Source: an uncultured Anaerotignum sp.
Lineage (GTDB): Bacteria; Bacillota; Clostridia; Lachnospirales; Anaerotignaceae
Direction of reading: 5' to 3'
DNA length: 64,000 nt
NCBI GenBank assembly: GCA_905212195.1
Contig: CAJMDQ010000001.1
Coordinates: forward strand, 4,940-68,939
In this document: positions 61,764-64,000 of the stretch, piece by piece
How the letters are laid out: the number at the start of each line of letters is the position of its first letter
Numbering within the stretch: the stretch's first letter is position 1
The notes under the pieces: generated by a model
Databases searched by the model: none
The model's input: only the letters and a program-made list of their open reading frames with translations
What the model was told of the DNA's origin: nothing
Translations under genes and position numbers: made by a program

Positions 61764-62630
61764 ATGAAAAAGAGTATTTTTTTGCTTTGCTGTATAGTGG
61801 GGCTGCTGTTGCCGACAACGGCACATGCGGAAACAGTACAAGTTGCTCAGAATGATTTGCCGCAGGTGCTTTGTGTAAATGGTTATAAAGATTTTTATAT
61901 CACTCAGCCATCGTCCGTAAAGGAATTTTGTGCTTCATGGGAGCAGTGGTGGAAATCGGGAAAATCGGCAGAGCTTGGCCAGGCAGATCCAAATTATATT
62001 GTGACGTTGTATGAAAATAAAAATGAGGCTGCTGTGGCAAAGGAGTACTATCTTGTATATGAATGGCAAAACAAAATCGCGATACAACATATATCCAGAG
62101 ACCCAGCTACAGGAGAGTTCCTGAATACGAGAGAAGTTGTTTCGGTTTCTCCGGAAATCATGGAACAGATCATGCAAAAACTGCAAAAGATGAATGAAAC
62201 CTATTATAGTTATGTTGATTATAATATGATGTACGGCGTGGATTTGGCAAAGATCAATGAACTGGGAATGGTGTTGAATCAAGATGTGTATGTTTTTCAG
62301 AATGGGTTTATTGACGCCAATGGTACTTTGCAGGTTTCTCTGGAGGACTGGAACACCATTTTTGCCACCCAGTACGGAGAAACAAAAAAATTGATTTATC
62401 AGAACGGCACTATCAAAAACAATGCTTTCTCTACAAACATTTCTTTCCAGAATATCAATGGAAAAATTTACGTTCCTCTGCGGGAAGCGGTGAACCATTT
62501 TGGTCATTTTTCTATGGAATGGGATAAACAGATGCGGAAAGCAGTAGTCATGGAAAAAGCGATTTTTGAAAAACAGCAGGAACGCTGGGAGAAATTTCAA
62601 AAGGCAGCAGAATCGCAAAAATATAACTAA
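61764..62630 (+). CDS. Secreted hypothetical protein with C-terminal copper-amine-oxidase N-terminal (stalk)-like segment
   Basis: Signal peptide ending TAHA; NGKIYVPLRE....WD motif. Confidence 0.7.
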   Translation: MKKSIFLLCCIVGLLLPTTAHAETVQVAQNDLPQVLCVNGYKDFYITQPSSVKEFCASWEQWWKSGKSAELGQADPNYIVTLYENKNEAAVAKEYYLVYEWQNKIAIQHISRDPATGEFLNTREVVSVSPEIMEQIMQKLQKMNETYYSYVDYNMMYGVDLAKINELGMVLNQDVYVFQNGFIDANGTLQVSLEDWNTIFATQYGETKKLIYQNGTIKNNAFSTNISFQNINGKIYVPLREAVNHFGHFSMEWDKQMRKAVVMEKAIFEKQQERWEKFQKAAESQKYN

Positions 62631-62649
62631 TAAAGCGAAGAATTCTTAA

Positions 62650-63173
62650 AAAATTCTTTCTAAGCGTATTGCCATAGTAATCTCCGCTTTTTTGGGGTTG
62701 TGCTGATTCTGGTCAATTTTTGTATCGCCGTTTGCATACAAGGCTTGCTGTTTTGTCCTATTTCCAGTCCTTTGCAGGCGGAAAGTCTGGCAAAAGCCTA
62801 CGGGGAATTTGAAAATGCCCATATTTTGGATCATACAGTTTTAAAGGATTCAGAATTGCTGTTGGTAGAAAGCGAAGGTAATGTACAAATATTAGAATTG
62901 CAGAAAAATTTATTTTTTCCAAGATACTGCATTCTGGAAGTGCATGATATTCCAGAAGATGATTCCTCTTATACCACAGCGGCAGTAACATCACAGGTGG
63001 TGTATCCATACCGTGTGGCAGACCGAAGTACAATCGATTTAGAAAATATAGAAGTCAAATCTGGATTTATGAAGAAAGAATTTCTGCTTTCCTATGGTAT
63101 CTGCACATTTTTGCTGACGTTGGCAGAAGGCTTCGGATATTTTCGATGGAAAGCGATACATTCATCAAAATAA
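62650..63173 (+). pseudogene. 5'-degenerate membrane protein gene (probable fragment)
   Basis: ORF 62700-63173 has no RBS or good start; its hydrophobic N-terminus continues upstream in another frame across a T6G4 run. Confidence 0.45.
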
Positions 63174-63180
63174 ACAATCA

Positions 63181-63216
63181 AAAAGGCACGAAATTCTTTG
63201 GAATTTCGTGCCTTTT
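63181..63216. terminator. Bidirectional terminator
   Basis: AAAAGGCACGAAATTC-TTTG-GAATTTCGTGCCTTTT. Confidence 0.85.
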
Positions 63217-63229
63217 ATCTTTCCTGTAG

Positions 63230-64000
63230 TTAGGGCATAACCACTTTCTTTTCTTTCTGTAATTTGATAAAGAAGCCAATACACAAAAGCAGTTCAAAGA
63301 GTGCGGACATAGGTACGGCAATACCAATGATGAGCAGGTTGGTGCCCGGCAGACGGCTGAGGAAGTAAGAAAGGGGAATACGTACCAAGAATACGGTCAA
63401 AACCCCCTGAAGCAAAACAAACTTTGTTCTGCCTCTGCCGTTGAAATATCCCAGCATACAGAAGTTGATGGCTGTCAGCAAATATTCAAAGGAACAGCTT
63501 TTCAGATACAGCTGGGTGGATGCGATAACTTCTGGGTCATTGGTAAAGATAGACGCCAGAAAATCCCCTTGTAGGAATGTCAGCAGGAACACCATGAATC
63601 CACAGCAGAAAGAGATTCTTACTGCTACAAAGAATGCCTTTGTGGCGCGGCTGATGTTGTTTGCCCCAACGTTCTGTGCAACGAAAGCGGAAAGGGCAGA
63701 CATAAAGCTCATGGGTACCAGCGCAAGGAAAACAAAAAGTTTTTCCGCAATGCCGACGCTGGCGGAAGCAACAACCCCTAAAGAGTTGAGGATGGATGTA
63801 ATGATCAAAAAGGATACCGTTACCTGAAAATCCTGTGCGGCAATGGGCAGCCCCAGAGAAATGATTCTGCGGACAGCGCCTTTTTGCTTGAAGTCAGAAA
63901 GTTTCAGTCGGAAAGGCAGGCGATGCTTTTTGGTGTATTTCATATAAACAATGGAGAAGAAAAAGCTGCTTGCCTGTGCAATGACCGTTGCCAGTGCCGC
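63230..64000 (-). CDS. MATE family efflux transporter (5' part outside window)
   Basis: Frame open to window end (AALATVIAQ..); GLPIAAQD, AQNVGA, VRIPL; paralogous to 41699-43042. Confidence 0.9.
   Translation of the reverse strand, partial: AALATVIAQASSFFFSIVYMKYTKKHRLPFRLKLSDFKQKGAVRRIISLGLPIAAQDFQVTVSFLIITSILNSLGVVASASVGIAEKLFVFLALVPMSFMSALSAFVAQNVGANNISRATKAFFVAVRISFCCGFMVFLLTFLQGDFLASIFTNDPEVIASTQLYLKSCSFEYLLTAINFCMLGYFNGRGRTKFVLLQGVLTVFLVRIPLSYFLSRLPGTNLLIIGIAVPMSALFELLLCIGFFIKLQKEKKVVMP

Overview
Mostly core chromosome of a spore-forming clostridial Firmicute (Lachnospirales-like gene order and codon usage; taxonomy is inferred). It carries a partial pcrA/uvrD helicase, degV, PIN-TRAM plus an in-frame IspD-RNase HI fusion, cspA, typA, a SpoVB/MurJ-like flippase, uvrC-hprK-murB-rapZ-whiA-HPr, queT with a preQ1-I-like riboswitch, a Trp T-box-controlled ABC transporter, spoIIIAA-AH, an inserted GT2/permuted-papain/flippase/glf operon, asp23-nusB-xseAB-ispA-dxs-tlyA-nadK-argR-recN, two MATE pumps, iscS-iscU-mnmA, a Na/Pi cotransporter, an amidase, an EF-G paralogue, trxB, CIRCE-groES-groEL and ispG-polC. 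I saw no rRNA, tRNA, CRISPR array, IS element or prophage. Best leads: (1) an unannotated ~160-215 nt multi-stem RNA with its own promoter between EF-G2 and trxB; (2) the IspD-RNase HI fusion; (3) the four-gene galactofuranose/lipid-modification cassette; (4) a Trp-codon micro-ORF directly after the Trp T-box; (5) variant preQ1-I and guanidine-IV-like leaders. All calls come from motif recognition by eye; no database searches were run.
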